The notes below the pieces were generated by a model that was given only the letters and a program-made list of their open reading frames with translations, had not been told where the DNA came from and did not search any database. Below, piece after piece: positions 9,386 to 18,272 of a stretch of 64,000 bases of DNA. Within the stretch, counting starts at the first letter, position 1; every line of letters starts with the position of its first letter. Made by a program: the position numbers and the translations under genes. The DNA is taken from assembly GCA_045594085.1 (NCBI GenBank), contig JAZNXW010000023.1:363-64362 (forward strand), in the 5' to 3' direction. Origin of the DNA: Eubacteriales bacterium. Its GTDB lineage: Bacteria > Bacillota > Clostridia > Oscillospirales > CAG-272.

Positions 9386-10807
9386 ATGCTTTATCTTTAC
9401 AATTCCACATCACATGAAAAAGAACAGTTCATCCCGCACACCCCCGGTAAAGTCAGCCTCTATACCTGCGGCCCGACAGTATATCATTACGCTCATATAG
9501 GCAATCTCCGCTCTTACATTATGGAGGATATCCTCGATAAGTATCTGCGCTACTCCGGCTACGACGTAAAGCGCGTGATGAATATCACCGACGTCGGTCA
9601 CCTTACGAGCGATGCCGATGAAGGCGAGGACAAGATGCTCAAGGGCGCAAAGCGCGAGAAGAAGACTGTCCTTGAGATAGCGAAATTCTACACGGACGCG
9701 TTCCGTGCGGACTGCAAAAAGCTCAACATCCGTTGGCCCGACGTGACCGAGCCTGCGACAAAATGTATCGGCGACTATATCAAGATGATAAAGAAGCTCA
9801 TCGCTGACGGATACGCGTACGAATCGGGCGGAAACGTCTATTTTGATACTTCCAAGCTTGAGGAATACTACGTTTTCAATAAGCAAAATGAGGAGGATCT
9901 TGCCGTAGGCGTTCGTGAGGGCGTTGAAGAGGACAAATCCAAGCGCAACAAGTGTGACTTTGCACTTTGGTTCACAAAGAGCAAATTTGACGATCAGGAG
10001 CTCAAATGGAACAGTCCTTGGGGACTCGGCTATCCCGGATGGCACATCGAATGCTCCGCGATCTCCATCAAGCATCTCGGCGAGCATCTCGATATCCATT
10101 GCGGCGGTATCGATAATGCATTCCCGCATCACACAAACGAGATTGCGCAGTCCGAGGCTTACCTCGGACACAAGTGGTGCAACTATTGGTTCCACGTGCT
10201 TCATCTCAACACGACGAGCGGCAAGATGAGCAAGTCCTCGGGCGAGTTCCTCACCGTATCTCTGCTTGAAGAAAAGGGATACCTCCCCGTGGCATATCGT
10301 TTCTTCTGTCTGCAGTCGCATTACCGTAAGTCCCTCGTCTTCTCCTGGGAAGGACTTGACAACGCGCAGGGCGCGTACAATAAGCTTATTGAGAAGATCG
10401 CCACCCTCAAGGAAGGCAGCGATGTCGACCCCGATGCATTTGAGCAGTATAAGGCCCGCTTCGTCGAGGCTCTCGATAATGACATCAACACATCACTCGC
10501 GGTCACAGCAGTCTATGACGTCCTGAAGGCTCCCGTAAGTGACGCGACAAAGCTCGCATTGCTCTCCGATTTTGACCGAGTTCTCTCGCTCGATCTGATC
10601 GCAAATGCAAAGGCACAGCGCGAGCGCGATGAGCTTGCACGTCAGAGCGAAAACGGAGATCCCGAGATCCTTGCCGCAATCGCAGTACGTGCGAAGGCAA
10701 AGGCTAACAAGGATTACGCAGAGGCTGACCGCATCCGCGCAGAGCTTGCCGCAAAGGGCATTACTCTCATCGACACGCCCAACGGTACAACGTATAAAAT
10801 CGGTTAA
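9386..10807 (+). CDS. cysS: Cysteine--tRNA ligase
   Basis: CGPTVY, HIGN, PGWHIEC, FPHHTNE, KMSKS; ATG at 9386. Confidence 0.97.
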   Translation: MLYLYNSTSHEKEQFIPHTPGKVSLYTCGPTVYHYAHIGNLRSYIMEDILDKYLRYSGYDVKRVMNITDVGHLTSDADEGEDKMLKGAKREKKTVLEIAKFYTDAFRADCKKLNIRWPDVTEPATKCIGDYIKMIKKLIADGYAYESGGNVYFDTSKLEEYYVFNKQNEEDLAVGVREGVEEDKSKRNKCDFALWFTKSKFDDQELKWNSPWGLGYPGWHIECSAISIKHLGEHLDIHCGGIDNAFPHHTNEIAQSEAYLGHKWCNYWFHVLHLNTTSGKMSKSSGEFLTVSLLEEKGYLPVAYRFFCLQSHYRKSLVFSWEGLDNAQGAYNKLIEKIATLKEGSDVDPDAFEQYKARFVEALDNDINTSLAVTAVYDVLKAPVSDATKLALLSDFDRVLSLDLIANAKAQRERDELARQSENGDPEILAAIAVRAKAKANKDYAEADRIRAELAAKGITLIDTPNGTTYKIG

Positions 10808-10812
10808 TATCA

Positions 10813-12006
10813 ATGAAAAAAGCAAAGAAACAGGGCAAAAAAGCCTTTCCAAAGCCGCCTGCGCTTATCTATTATCCCGCGATCTTCTTCGTCAGGATAT
10901 ATTTCCGCCTTCGTTACGGCGTAACCGTAGACAAATCAGCCGTCGGCAAGATCGCAGAGCCGTCGCTGATCCTGTCCAATCATCTTTCGGATCGCGACCA
11001 TTACCTGACCGCACTCGCTTTGACGCCGATACGTCCTACGTTTGTATTGTCAGCGCATTTTATGATGAATCGTACTCTGCGTCCCATACTGAAGGCGATG
11101 CACGTCATTACAAAGCGTATGTTTGACTCGGATGCGGGCTCTGTACTTAACATCATGCGCGCGATCCGCGCGGGCAATTCCGTCGTGCTGTTTCCCGAGG
11201 GGAGACTGACCTGGTACGCGCATTCGATGCGCATAACGGAGGGCACCGCCGACCTCATCAAGAAGCTGAAGGTCAACGTCTACCGCATCGTTCCCGCAGG
11301 CGCGGCGCTTACGTTCCCGAAATGGGCAAAGGCGCCCCGACGCGGAAAGATCAAGGTCACCGTCGAGCCGCTTTTTACCGCCGACGAGATCCCGGCTCTC
11401 ACAAAGGACGAGATCTTCCTCCGTATGGCAGACGCATTCCGTCATGACGACGAAGAAGCGTGCCGCGGCATCCGTTATAAGTCATCCGATACAGCCCTCG
11501 GACTTGACGGGATCCTGTTCAAATGTCCCGTCTGCGGCGGCGAGTTCACGCTTGCGACGAAGGACGGTCATATCAAATGTACCTGCGGACTTGACGCGAC
11601 GCTCAGCGAGTATTACGTTATCGAAAACGGTCCGTTTGATTCGATCAACAAGTGGTATGAATGGCAGTACGCGGATCTTGACGTTACGGCTCCGCTTGAA
11701 AGTGATGCCTCCGTCGGTACCACAGATGAGGACGGCATTATGATCCGCGGCGCCGGCTTCGGAAGATGCCGCGTTGACCGCGACGCATTCACATTTGACG
11801 GCGAGGTTTTCGGTGAGCACGTCTCGTTCTCCGTTCCCACCGCAGATATTGCCGCAGTACCGATCACGGTCTCTGACAGATTCGATATCTATCACGGCGG
11901 CAGACTCTACAATTTCACAATTTCTCCCGATCCGCGCCACACCGTCAAGTGGGCAGTCTATTTCGACCGCTTGACAGACGATCGCATCGGCACGAAAGGA
12001 AAATGA
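10813..12006 (+). CDS. Lysophospholipid acyltransferase (PlsC-like) with C-terminal extension
   Basis: NHLSDRD (HX4D), FPEG; C-terminal CPVC..CTC. Confidence 0.85.
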   Translation: MKKAKKQGKKAFPKPPALIYYPAIFFVRIYFRLRYGVTVDKSAVGKIAEPSLILSNHLSDRDHYLTALALTPIRPTFVLSAHFMMNRTLRPILKAMHVITKRMFDSDAGSVLNIMRAIRAGNSVVLFPEGRLTWYAHSMRITEGTADLIKKLKVNVYRIVPAGAALTFPKWAKAPRRGKIKVTVEPLFTADEIPALTKDEIFLRMADAFRHDDEEACRGIRYKSSDTALGLDGILFKCPVCGGEFTLATKDGHIKCTCGLDATLSEYYVIENGPFDSINKWYEWQYADLDVTAPLESDASVGTTDEDGIMIRGAGFGRCRVDRDAFTFDGEVFGEHVSFSVPTADIAAVPITVSDRFDIYHGGRLYNFTISPDPRHTVKWAVYFDRLTDDRIGTKGK

Positions 12007-12013
12007 TAACACA

Positions 12014-12041
12014 AAAAACCACCGCAACGCGGTGGTTTTTT
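12014..12041. repeat. Terminator hairpin, copy 1 of a 28-bp direct repeat
   Basis: AAAAACCACCGCAACGCGGTGGTTTTTT, identical to 13345-13372. Confidence 0.95.
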
Positions 12042-12045
12042 TGCG

Positions 12046-12546
12046 TTATTCTGTAATCTTGAAGGTTTTTGTTACCTTGGTATCATCAAAACTGAGCCAT
12101 TCGGTTACTTCAACTTCAATATCGGTTGTCGTATCATTAAGTTCATATGCGACCTCTACTTCAAGGGAGGCTCCCTTTTTTATTTCTTTTGTCTGATTGT
12201 CAGAGGAATAATCAGCGCTGTCGTCAAGAATATAAGATTCGTTGAGCCCCACACCGTTTTGATATACGGTTTCATCAAATGCTGTGTAGAAAGCTGTAGA
12301 TTCATCGCTCGATACGTTAGTGAAAATGTATTTAACGATAACCACATCTTTGCCCTCAAAGTCCTTGGCGAGTCGGCAACTGTCAATAACAACGGAATAG
12401 TCACCGATGTTAGCATTGTCTTCTTTTTTTGTTTCGACAGATCCCGTACCCTGATCCGAAGAAGAATCTGATTCCCCGCTGCCCATTGCAAACAGCGCAA
12501 ATGATGCGATTAAAAGAATCGCTAAGATAATGTTGAGTTTTTTCAT
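12046..12546 (-). CDS. Secreted/anchored DUF5067-like beta-sandwich protein
   Basis: Signal peptide; KDFEGKDVVIVKY, YQNGVGL, KEIKKGASLEVEVAYEL. Confidence 0.7.
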   Translation of the reverse strand: MKKLNIILAILLIASFALFAMGSGESDSSSDQGTGSVETKKEDNANIGDYSVVIDSCRLAKDFEGKDVVIVKYIFTNVSSDESTAFYTAFDETVYQNGVGLNESYILDDSADYSSDNQTKEIKKGASLEVEVAYELNDTTTDIEVEVTEWLSFDDTKVTKTFKITE

Positions 12547-12980
12547 TTGTTACTCCTTAAAATGTATTTGTTTATCATTACGGCAATTGCACATGCCGCC
12601 AGATACATAATGATATCGCAAACATCTCCTGTACCGTCGACAACATTCACTTTTTGCGAAAATTCCCAAAAAGTTCCGCATAAAAATGAAATAATTCCAG
12701 ATAGCAGTTCTTTTTTAGGGAAAATTGCAGAAAGTCCGCAACAAAGACTGAATGCCCATAAAAAATCCGAAAAATAAAATTTCGTAAAATTGTTTTCTAG
12801 AAATGACATACGAACGCGTATGAAATCAACATTTACAAACCGTTCGATAAAATCGGACACATAAGTGTTTTCTCTAAAAAGAACATAGAACATCCCACCG
12901 ACAAAAAGAGAGGTGGTGCACAGACACAGTTTTGTTATGGCGATACGACTTTTTAGATATGTTCTATCTTCGGTACGCAT
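12543..12980 (-). CDS. Small membrane protein (VanZ/DUF2809-like)
   Basis: About four TMs; DFLWAF, WEFSQ, GTGDxxDI; 4-bp overlap with downstream gene. Confidence 0.6.
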   Translation of the reverse strand: MRTEDRTYLKSRIAITKLCLCTTSLFVGGMFYVLFRENTYVSDFIERFVNVDFIRVRMSFLENNFTKFYFSDFLWAFSLCCGLSAIFPKKELLSGIISFLCGTFWEFSQKVNVVDGTGDVCDIIMYLAACAIAVMINKYILRSNK

Positions 12981-13014
12981 AATTTCTAATCAAAAAGCGA
13001 TAATATTTTCAGTT

Positions 13015-13081
13015 TGCTGATCTTTAACACAATTATAGCGCTGTTTGATGTTAAAGTCAAGAAAAATGTTGAACTTTAACA
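13015..13081. promoter_or_regulatory. Minus-strand sigma-A promoter overlapped by three 15-bp operator-like sites
   Basis: TTGACT-17-TATAAT (13060 to 13032); sites 13015-13029, 13049-13063 (inverted), 13067-13081 share CTTTAACA. Confidence 0.7.
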
Positions 13082-13099
13082 CAACAAGCGAGGCGAATT

Positions 13100-13339
13100 A
13101 TGAAAATATACGACTACAACGGCAGAAAAAATATGTGTGGAGACAGGATCAGGCTCGAGCGATTGAAATTAAAAATGTCGCAAAGCGATCTTGCGGCACG
13201 TCTGCAGGTCAAGGGTATTATTATTGAACGCGACAGCATAAGCCGCATCGAATCGGGTACGCGTTTCATCGCGGATTACGAGCTCAAAGCCTTCGCGGAG
13301 ATATTTTCGGTTGATATAAACGAGCTTTTTAATATTTGA
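13100..13339 (+). CDS. XRE-family HTH regulator
   Basis: SQSDLAARLQ..ISRIESGTR. Confidence 0.9.
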   Translation: MKIYDYNGRKNMCGDRIRLERLKLKMSQSDLAARLQVKGIIIERDSISRIESGTRFIADYELKAFAEIFSVDINELFNI

Positions 13340-13344
13340 GCGCG

Positions 13345-13372
13345 AAAAACCACCGCAACGCGGTGGTTTTTT
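13345..13372. repeat. Terminator hairpin, copy 2 of the 28-bp direct repeat
   Basis: Identical to 12014-12041, same orientation (AAC loop). Confidence 0.95.
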
Positions 13373-13377
13373 ACCGT

Positions 13378-14466
13378 TTATATCTTTCTTCCCGTGAGCT
13401 CGGTTGCTTCGAGCTGACAGCGGACGCACAGCTCTGCGGCGAGCAGAGCGTGCTCCTGCGTCATTGCCGTTTCGGTGCGGTCGATGCAGTCGCGGATGAG
13501 CTTTCCGAAATAGGGGAATCCGGTTTTTCGTGTAGCGTCTACGTAATGCTCGCCGGATTTGTTTGCCCAGAGGACGTGATTTCCGCCGCGCGATTTGGAC
13601 AGATCAATGTACTTGCGGAGCTCGATGTATCCGTCCGTGCCGAGGATGAAGGTGCGTCCGTCGCCCCACGTGCCGAGTCCGTCGGGAGTAAACCAATCGA
13701 CTCGGAAATAGCAGGATGCGCCCGTGTCCGCGACGAGATTTGCATCACCGAAATCGTCGAGCTCGGGATATTCGGGATGGTGGTAGTTGCCGATCTTGGC
13801 GTTCACGATCTTGGCGGATTTTGCGCCGGTGAAGTGAAGGAATTGCTCGATCTGATGGCTTCCGATGTCGCAAAGGATGCCGCCGTAGTTTTTTTTGATA
13901 AAGAACCAATCGGGACGTCCTGCGGCACCGAGTCTGTGCGGTCCCATACCGATGACTTGGATGACCTTGCCGATCTCGCCTGCTTCAATGAGATTTCCTG
14001 CATAGATGGCGGCCTCGTTTTGCAGTCGTTCGCTGTAGCAGACCGCGTATTTTCTGCCCGTCTCTGCGACGGTACGGCGCACGTCTGCGAGCTGATCGAG
14101 CGTTGTCAGCGGAGCTTTGTCAACGAAATAGTCCTTGCCCGCTTTCATGACGCGTATACCGAGCGCGGCGCGCTCGCTTGTCACGCAAGCGGATGCGACG
14201 AGCTTGACCTCGGGATCGGAGAGGACTTCGTCCTCGGAGCGAGCCGCTTTTGCCTGAGGATATCGCTTGAGGAATGCGGTAAGCTTGACGGGATCGGGAT
14301 CGTACGCCCATTTGAGCGTAGCGCCTGCGTCGATGAGGCTTCCCGTCATACCGTAGATGTGACCGTGATCCATACCGATTGCGGCGATGACGAACTCGCC
14401 CGGCTTAACGACAGGCTCGGGCAGCCCTTCGGGGATGTAATTCATACCGTCCATATTGTTAGCCAT
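13378..14466 (-). CDS. Gfo/Idh/MocA oxidoreductase
   Basis: IGMDHGH, FVDKAP, GGILCDIGSHQ. Confidence 0.88.
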   Translation of the reverse strand: MANNMDGMNYIPEGLPEPVVKPGEFVIAAIGMDHGHIYGMTGSLIDAGATLKWAYDPDPVKLTAFLKRYPQAKAARSEDEVLSDPEVKLVASACVTSERAALGIRVMKAGKDYFVDKAPLTTLDQLADVRRTVAETGRKYAVCYSERLQNEAAIYAGNLIEAGEIGKVIQVIGMGPHRLGAAGRPDWFFIKKNYGGILCDIGSHQIEQFLHFTGAKSAKIVNAKIGNYHHPEYPELDDFGDANLVADTGASCYFRVDWFTPDGLGTWGDGRTFILGTDGYIELRKYIDLSKSRGGNHVLWANKSGEHYVDATRKTGFPYFGKLIRDCIDRTETAMTQEHALLAAELCVRCQLEATELTGRKI

Positions 14467-14480
14467 TTTGGTTGCCTCCG

Positions 14481-15641
14481 TTATTTTTTGTAGTTACCGA
14501 GGGTTATTGTTCCGTCACCGAAGTTTTCAACGGCGGCGGATTTTTCATAGAAATGAGGTGCGTTTTTGAGAAGTCCTTCGAAGGTGTAGAATTCATCGTC
14601 GGGGGTTATGGGCAAAGACACCGTACGCTTCAGCGAGCCCGACTTGTATATCGCGGTAATGAGCTCAACGGTGCGTCTGCCGTCCGCGCCCGTTATCATC
14701 GGATGTGTGCCGTTTTCGATGGCGCTCATAAAGTTGTCGATCTCGCCGGTATGTCCTTCATAGGGAAGGGGAGGGATCGCATCGTAATCGGTGCGAAGCT
14801 CCGATTCGAGCGATTCGTTTCGGATGGGAAATCCGTTCGGGCGCGAGATTGACGCGAACACGTCAAAGGGAGTCTCGAGCTTTGCGTGCTCACATTGGAA
14901 AACGAGTCCCTGCTCCTCGCCGTGGTGAACGACGGAGGCGGTGATGTCAGCCATAAATCCGTCTGCGTAGCGCAGGATTGAGAAGGAGAGGTCCTCTATC
15001 TCGGCGTTGTCGTGTGCGACGTTGGAAAGAACGGAGGTGATCTCAACGGGAAGCTCACCGCGGAACCAGTTTATCATATCGATGTGATGCACGGCGTGAT
15101 TGAGCGTGCATCCGCCGCCCTCCTTTTCCCAAAGGCCGCGCCACCAAAGGTCATAGTAACAGTGCCCGCGCCACCAAAGCGAATTAACGTGTGCCATAAG
15201 CGGCTTGCCCGCTTTGCCGCTGTCAACGAGGGCTTTGAGCTTGCTGATGGGATTAACGAAGCGATTTTGTGCGATACAGCACATAGTTACGCTGTTTTTT
15301 TGCTCTGCCTCGAGCATCAGATCGCATTCGGCAAGGCAGGTCGCCATCGGCTTTTCGACAACAACGTGCTTTTTTGCGTTCATGGAGTTGATCGCGATCT
15401 CGGCGTGGGTGTAGGGCGGTGTGCAGACGTGAACGACGTCTATTGTCAGACCCGATGCGAGCATTTTTTCGTGATCGTCAAAGATCTCGCAGTCGAGACC
15501 GAAACGTGCCTTCATAGCTTCTGCCTTTTCGGGGTAAATGTCGCAGAGTGCGACTATCTTGCATCGTTCCGGAAAGGTGAGCAGGGCACCGACGTGAGCG
15601 GGCGCGATATTTCCTGTGCCGACAACGGCTACGTTAAGCAT
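14481..15641 (-). CDS. Gfo/Idh/MocA oxidoreductase
   Basis: VGTGNIA, CTPPYTH, EKPMA, GGGCTLNHAVHHID; start moved to ATG 15641 (GGAG SD). Confidence 0.9.
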   Translation of the reverse strand: MLNVAVVGTGNIAPAHVGALLTFPERCKIVALCDIYPEKAEAMKARFGLDCEIFDDHEKMLASGLTIDVVHVCTPPYTHAEIAINSMNAKKHVVVEKPMATCLAECDLMLEAEQKNSVTMCCIAQNRFVNPISKLKALVDSGKAGKPLMAHVNSLWWRGHCYYDLWWRGLWEKEGGGCTLNHAVHHIDMINWFRGELPVEITSVLSNVAHDNAEIEDLSFSILRYADGFMADITASVVHHGEEQGLVFQCEHAKLETPFDVFASISRPNGFPIRNESLESELRTDYDAIPPLPYEGHTGEIDNFMSAIENGTHPMITGADGRRTVELITAIYKSGSLKRTVSLPITPDDEFYTFEGLLKNAPHFYEKSAAVENFGDGTITLGNYKK

Positions 15642-15756
15642 AATATTATCTCCGTTCCGCCGCATAACGCAGCATAGTTTGATATGTATTTTGATTATAG
15701 CACATAAATTCTTGATGTGCCTCGGTTTTGATGAGAAAAATGAAAATATATCTACA

Positions 15757-15786
15757 AAAACGCCTGCGGTCAACCGCAGGCGTTTT
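15757..15786 (-). terminator. Intrinsic terminator after solute-binding protein gene
   Basis: AAAACGCCTGCGGT-CA-ACCGCAGGCGTTTT. Confidence 0.85.
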
Positions 15787-15791
15787 GCAAA

Positions 15792-17279
15792 TTAATATAC
15801 GTCGGTAAGGCTTTCGCAGAGTTTTTCAAGCTGCTTTTCAAGCATTTTTTTACTGCCGGAAACAGTAGTGGTAAACGAAGAAGGACCGTCGTTGAGCACG
15901 TTCTGATATGCTCCGCGGAGCGAGGATGCCCAATCAAGGTCTCCTGCCCAGTCATATACCTTGGAGTTGAGGATGTAGGTGAGCATTTCCTTGGATTCCT
16001 CGTCTCTGATGTACTTTGATTCAAGGAGCTGATCATAAAGTGCGGGTGTTACGTGGTCAGCGGATGATGCAGAGAGGCATTCGAGGATGATTCCGGAGGT
16101 GTTTGCGTCCTCATCGGTAACGCCGATCGGTATGCAGTATGCGGTTGTCCAGCCGTTGGAAACGTATGCGCAATAGCGTTCCATAGACTCATCGCCCTTG
16201 GGCATCGGCAGGATACCGAAATCTGTTTCCATATCTCTGAAATTGGGGATCATACCGAGCATTTCTCCATAGAAGAGGAACGTGTCGCTCATGAACTGAG
16301 ATGCGCTCATGCTCGTTGAGGTGGCTTCCTTGTTGGAGAAGATCGAGTAGATTTTATCGAGGACGGCGGTGTTGGTGTCGTTGGGCCAAACTACCTGAGG
16401 TATACCATCAGCGTTGGTTTCGCTCATTTTCTGTCCGTAGCAGAACATATAATGAGGCACTGCGTCGTAGTTGTCGCCAAGACCCATGATGTCAACTCCG
16501 GGAGTGTATGTACCATCACCGTTGTTGTCATATGCCGCGGCACATGCAAGCTCGTACATCTTGTCCATTGTCCAAGAGCCGTCTCTTACCATCTGGTAGA
16601 TGTTGCCGCTGCCTATTTCGGCTGCGAGCTGCTTGTTGAAGAACATGATCTGTACGGCGTAGTCATCGTAGTAGTTGATGTCGCCGGAGAGGGTGTAGAG
16701 GATGTTGCCGTTGATGGTAAAGGTATCGACGATCTGCTCATCCCACCAACCGTGCTCGAGATCCATCGTGGAGATTTCGTAGAAGTTACGGAGCATACCG
16801 TTTGTTGCAAAGGTGATTTCGTGGTCGAGACGGGAGAGAACCACGTCGTACTGCTCGGTGTCGTTTGCAGTGTAGTTGGTTCTTACGATGTCCTTGATGT
16901 TGCCTGTATCGCCTGCCCATACGGGAACGATTTCGATGCCGAGCTTTTCCGAAACCTCAAGGTTACGCTTGTAAATGGCGTTCGGGAGCGCTTCGGACGA
17001 GGGCTCTGCATAGTAGATCTCGTTCTCATCGGCTCCGCTGTAGCCGTAGAAGTGCTTGCCGGGATCGGGAGAGAGGATCTTGAATTCTCTTCCGGATACA
17101 TCGAAGGAGCCGAGCGCAGCGAGAGCTTTTTCAAAGTTCGTGCTGTCATCTTCAACGCCTACTGTGTTGGATCCGGAAGGAACGTTCGTGCCGTCTCCGT
17201 TGTCCGATGAATCGGCACATGCCGCAAAGGGCAGGAGCATTACGATAGCGAGGATCAGAGCGAATAATTGCTTTTTCAT
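15792..17279 (-). CDS. Extracellular solute-binding lipoprotein (sugar ABC type)
   Basis: Lipobox FAAC; DGSWTMDK, DFGILPMPK. Confidence 0.85.
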   Translation of the reverse strand: MKKQLFALILAIVMLLPFAACADSSDNGDGTNVPSGSNTVGVEDDSTNFEKALAALGSFDVSGREFKILSPDPGKHFYGYSGADENEIYYAEPSSEALPNAIYKRNLEVSEKLGIEIVPVWAGDTGNIKDIVRTNYTANDTEQYDVVLSRLDHEITFATNGMLRNFYEISTMDLEHGWWDEQIVDTFTINGNILYTLSGDINYYDDYAVQIMFFNKQLAAEIGSGNIYQMVRDGSWTMDKMYELACAAAYDNNGDGTYTPGVDIMGLGDNYDAVPHYMFCYGQKMSETNADGIPQVVWPNDTNTAVLDKIYSIFSNKEATSTSMSASQFMSDTFLFYGEMLGMIPNFRDMETDFGILPMPKGDESMERYCAYVSNGWTTAYCIPIGVTDEDANTSGIILECLSASSADHVTPALYDQLLESKYIRDEESKEMLTYILNSKVYDWAGDLDWASSLRGAYQNVLNDGPSSFTTTVSGSKKMLEKQLEKLCESLTDVY

Positions 17280-17349
17280 ACAGGGGTCTCCTTTTATTTT
17301 TTATTTTTATGTTGATTTAGTGAGAGCTTTGATGTAAAATTTATGTGAG

Positions 17350-18216
17350 GTGATTACAGTGTCTACTGCCAAAAAGAAATTCAAAATAGTCAAAAATCCG
17401 ACGGTAGCCGATTACTCGGACGCATATGTGACAAAGGACTTTGCCTCGGAGGACAATGAATACAACAACAACGTGCATTATCACAATTTTTATGAGCTTG
17501 AATTCATTGTGTCCGGTAAAGGCGTTTACGAAATAAATAACATTTCATACGAAGCGGTTCACGGTGCGCTTTTCCTTACGACGCCCGCGGATTATCATAC
17601 GTACTCGCTCACAAAGGATGAAACGCTCGACTTTTACTGCATTCAGTTTCGTCAATCACGCATAAACGAGGAGATCGCATCGCGGCTTTATTCGTATTCC
17701 GAGCCGATCGCTCTTTACTTTGATGGGGATAAATGCGAAAGCCGCGTCGCGGATTTCGATAAGCTCCTTTCCGCGTTCGAGGAAAAGGGCCCGATGTACG
17801 AGCTGAAGATCAGAAATCTCATAGAAAACATCTGCATCGACATCATCGGGGAAATGGAAAAGAAAAACAAGGGTGCCGAGATCCATCCGACTATAAAAAG
17901 CGCGATAGTGTACGTGAAAAATAACTACCGTGAGCCGATCACGCTCGGTGAAACGGCGAGACGTGTCGGACTTTCGAGCGCATATTTTTCACATCGCTTC
18001 GTTGAGGCTGTCGGAATGGGATTTTCGACGTACGTGCGCCACGTCCGCCTCACGGCGGCGGCAAATCTTCTGAAATCGACGGAGCTTTCCGTCAAGGAGA
18101 TCTGCTACAAAACGGGATTTACCGACCCGAACTATTTTTCGGGAGCGTTCAAATCGCAGTTTGGGGTATCGCCGCGTGTTTACCGCGAAAACGCGATGGC
18201 ATCGCGTCAGATATGA
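17350..18216 (+). CDS. AraC-family regulator (cupin plus double HTH)
   Basis: HYHNFYELE cupin; GFTDPNYFSGAFKSQFGVSPR. Confidence 0.93.
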   Translation: MITVSTAKKKFKIVKNPTVADYSDAYVTKDFASEDNEYNNNVHYHNFYELEFIVSGKGVYEINNISYEAVHGALFLTTPADYHTYSLTKDETLDFYCIQFRQSRINEEIASRLYSYSEPIALYFDGDKCESRVADFDKLLSAFEEKGPMYELKIRNLIENICIDIIGEMEKKNKGAEIHPTIKSAIVYVKNNYREPITLGETARRVGLSSAYFSHRFVEAVGMGFSTYVRHVRLTAAANLLKSTELSVKEICYKTGFTDPNYFSGAFKSQFGVSPRVYRENAMASRQI

Positions 18217-18226
18217 CAGTCAATTT

Positions 18227-18263
18227 AGCAAAAGCGGTCTGCAAAAGCGGACCGCTTTTTGCT
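18227..18263. terminator. Bidirectional terminator
   Basis: AAAAGCGGTCTGC-AAAA-GCGGACCGCTTTT between convergent genes. Confidence 0.8.
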
Positions 18264-18272
18264 GCATTTGAT

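Larger units (their letters stand above)
12014..13372. mobile_element. AT-rich mini-cassette bounded by duplicated terminator (no mobility gene)
   Basis: Identical 28-bp flanks, visibly AT-richer than neighbours, divergent cargo plus HTH gene. Confidence 0.6.

Noticed and set aside
13336-14493. 385-aa plus-strand ORF after the HTH as a cassette recombinase
   Set aside because: Antisense shadow of the Gfo/Idh/MocA gene; crosses a terminator; no recombinase motifs
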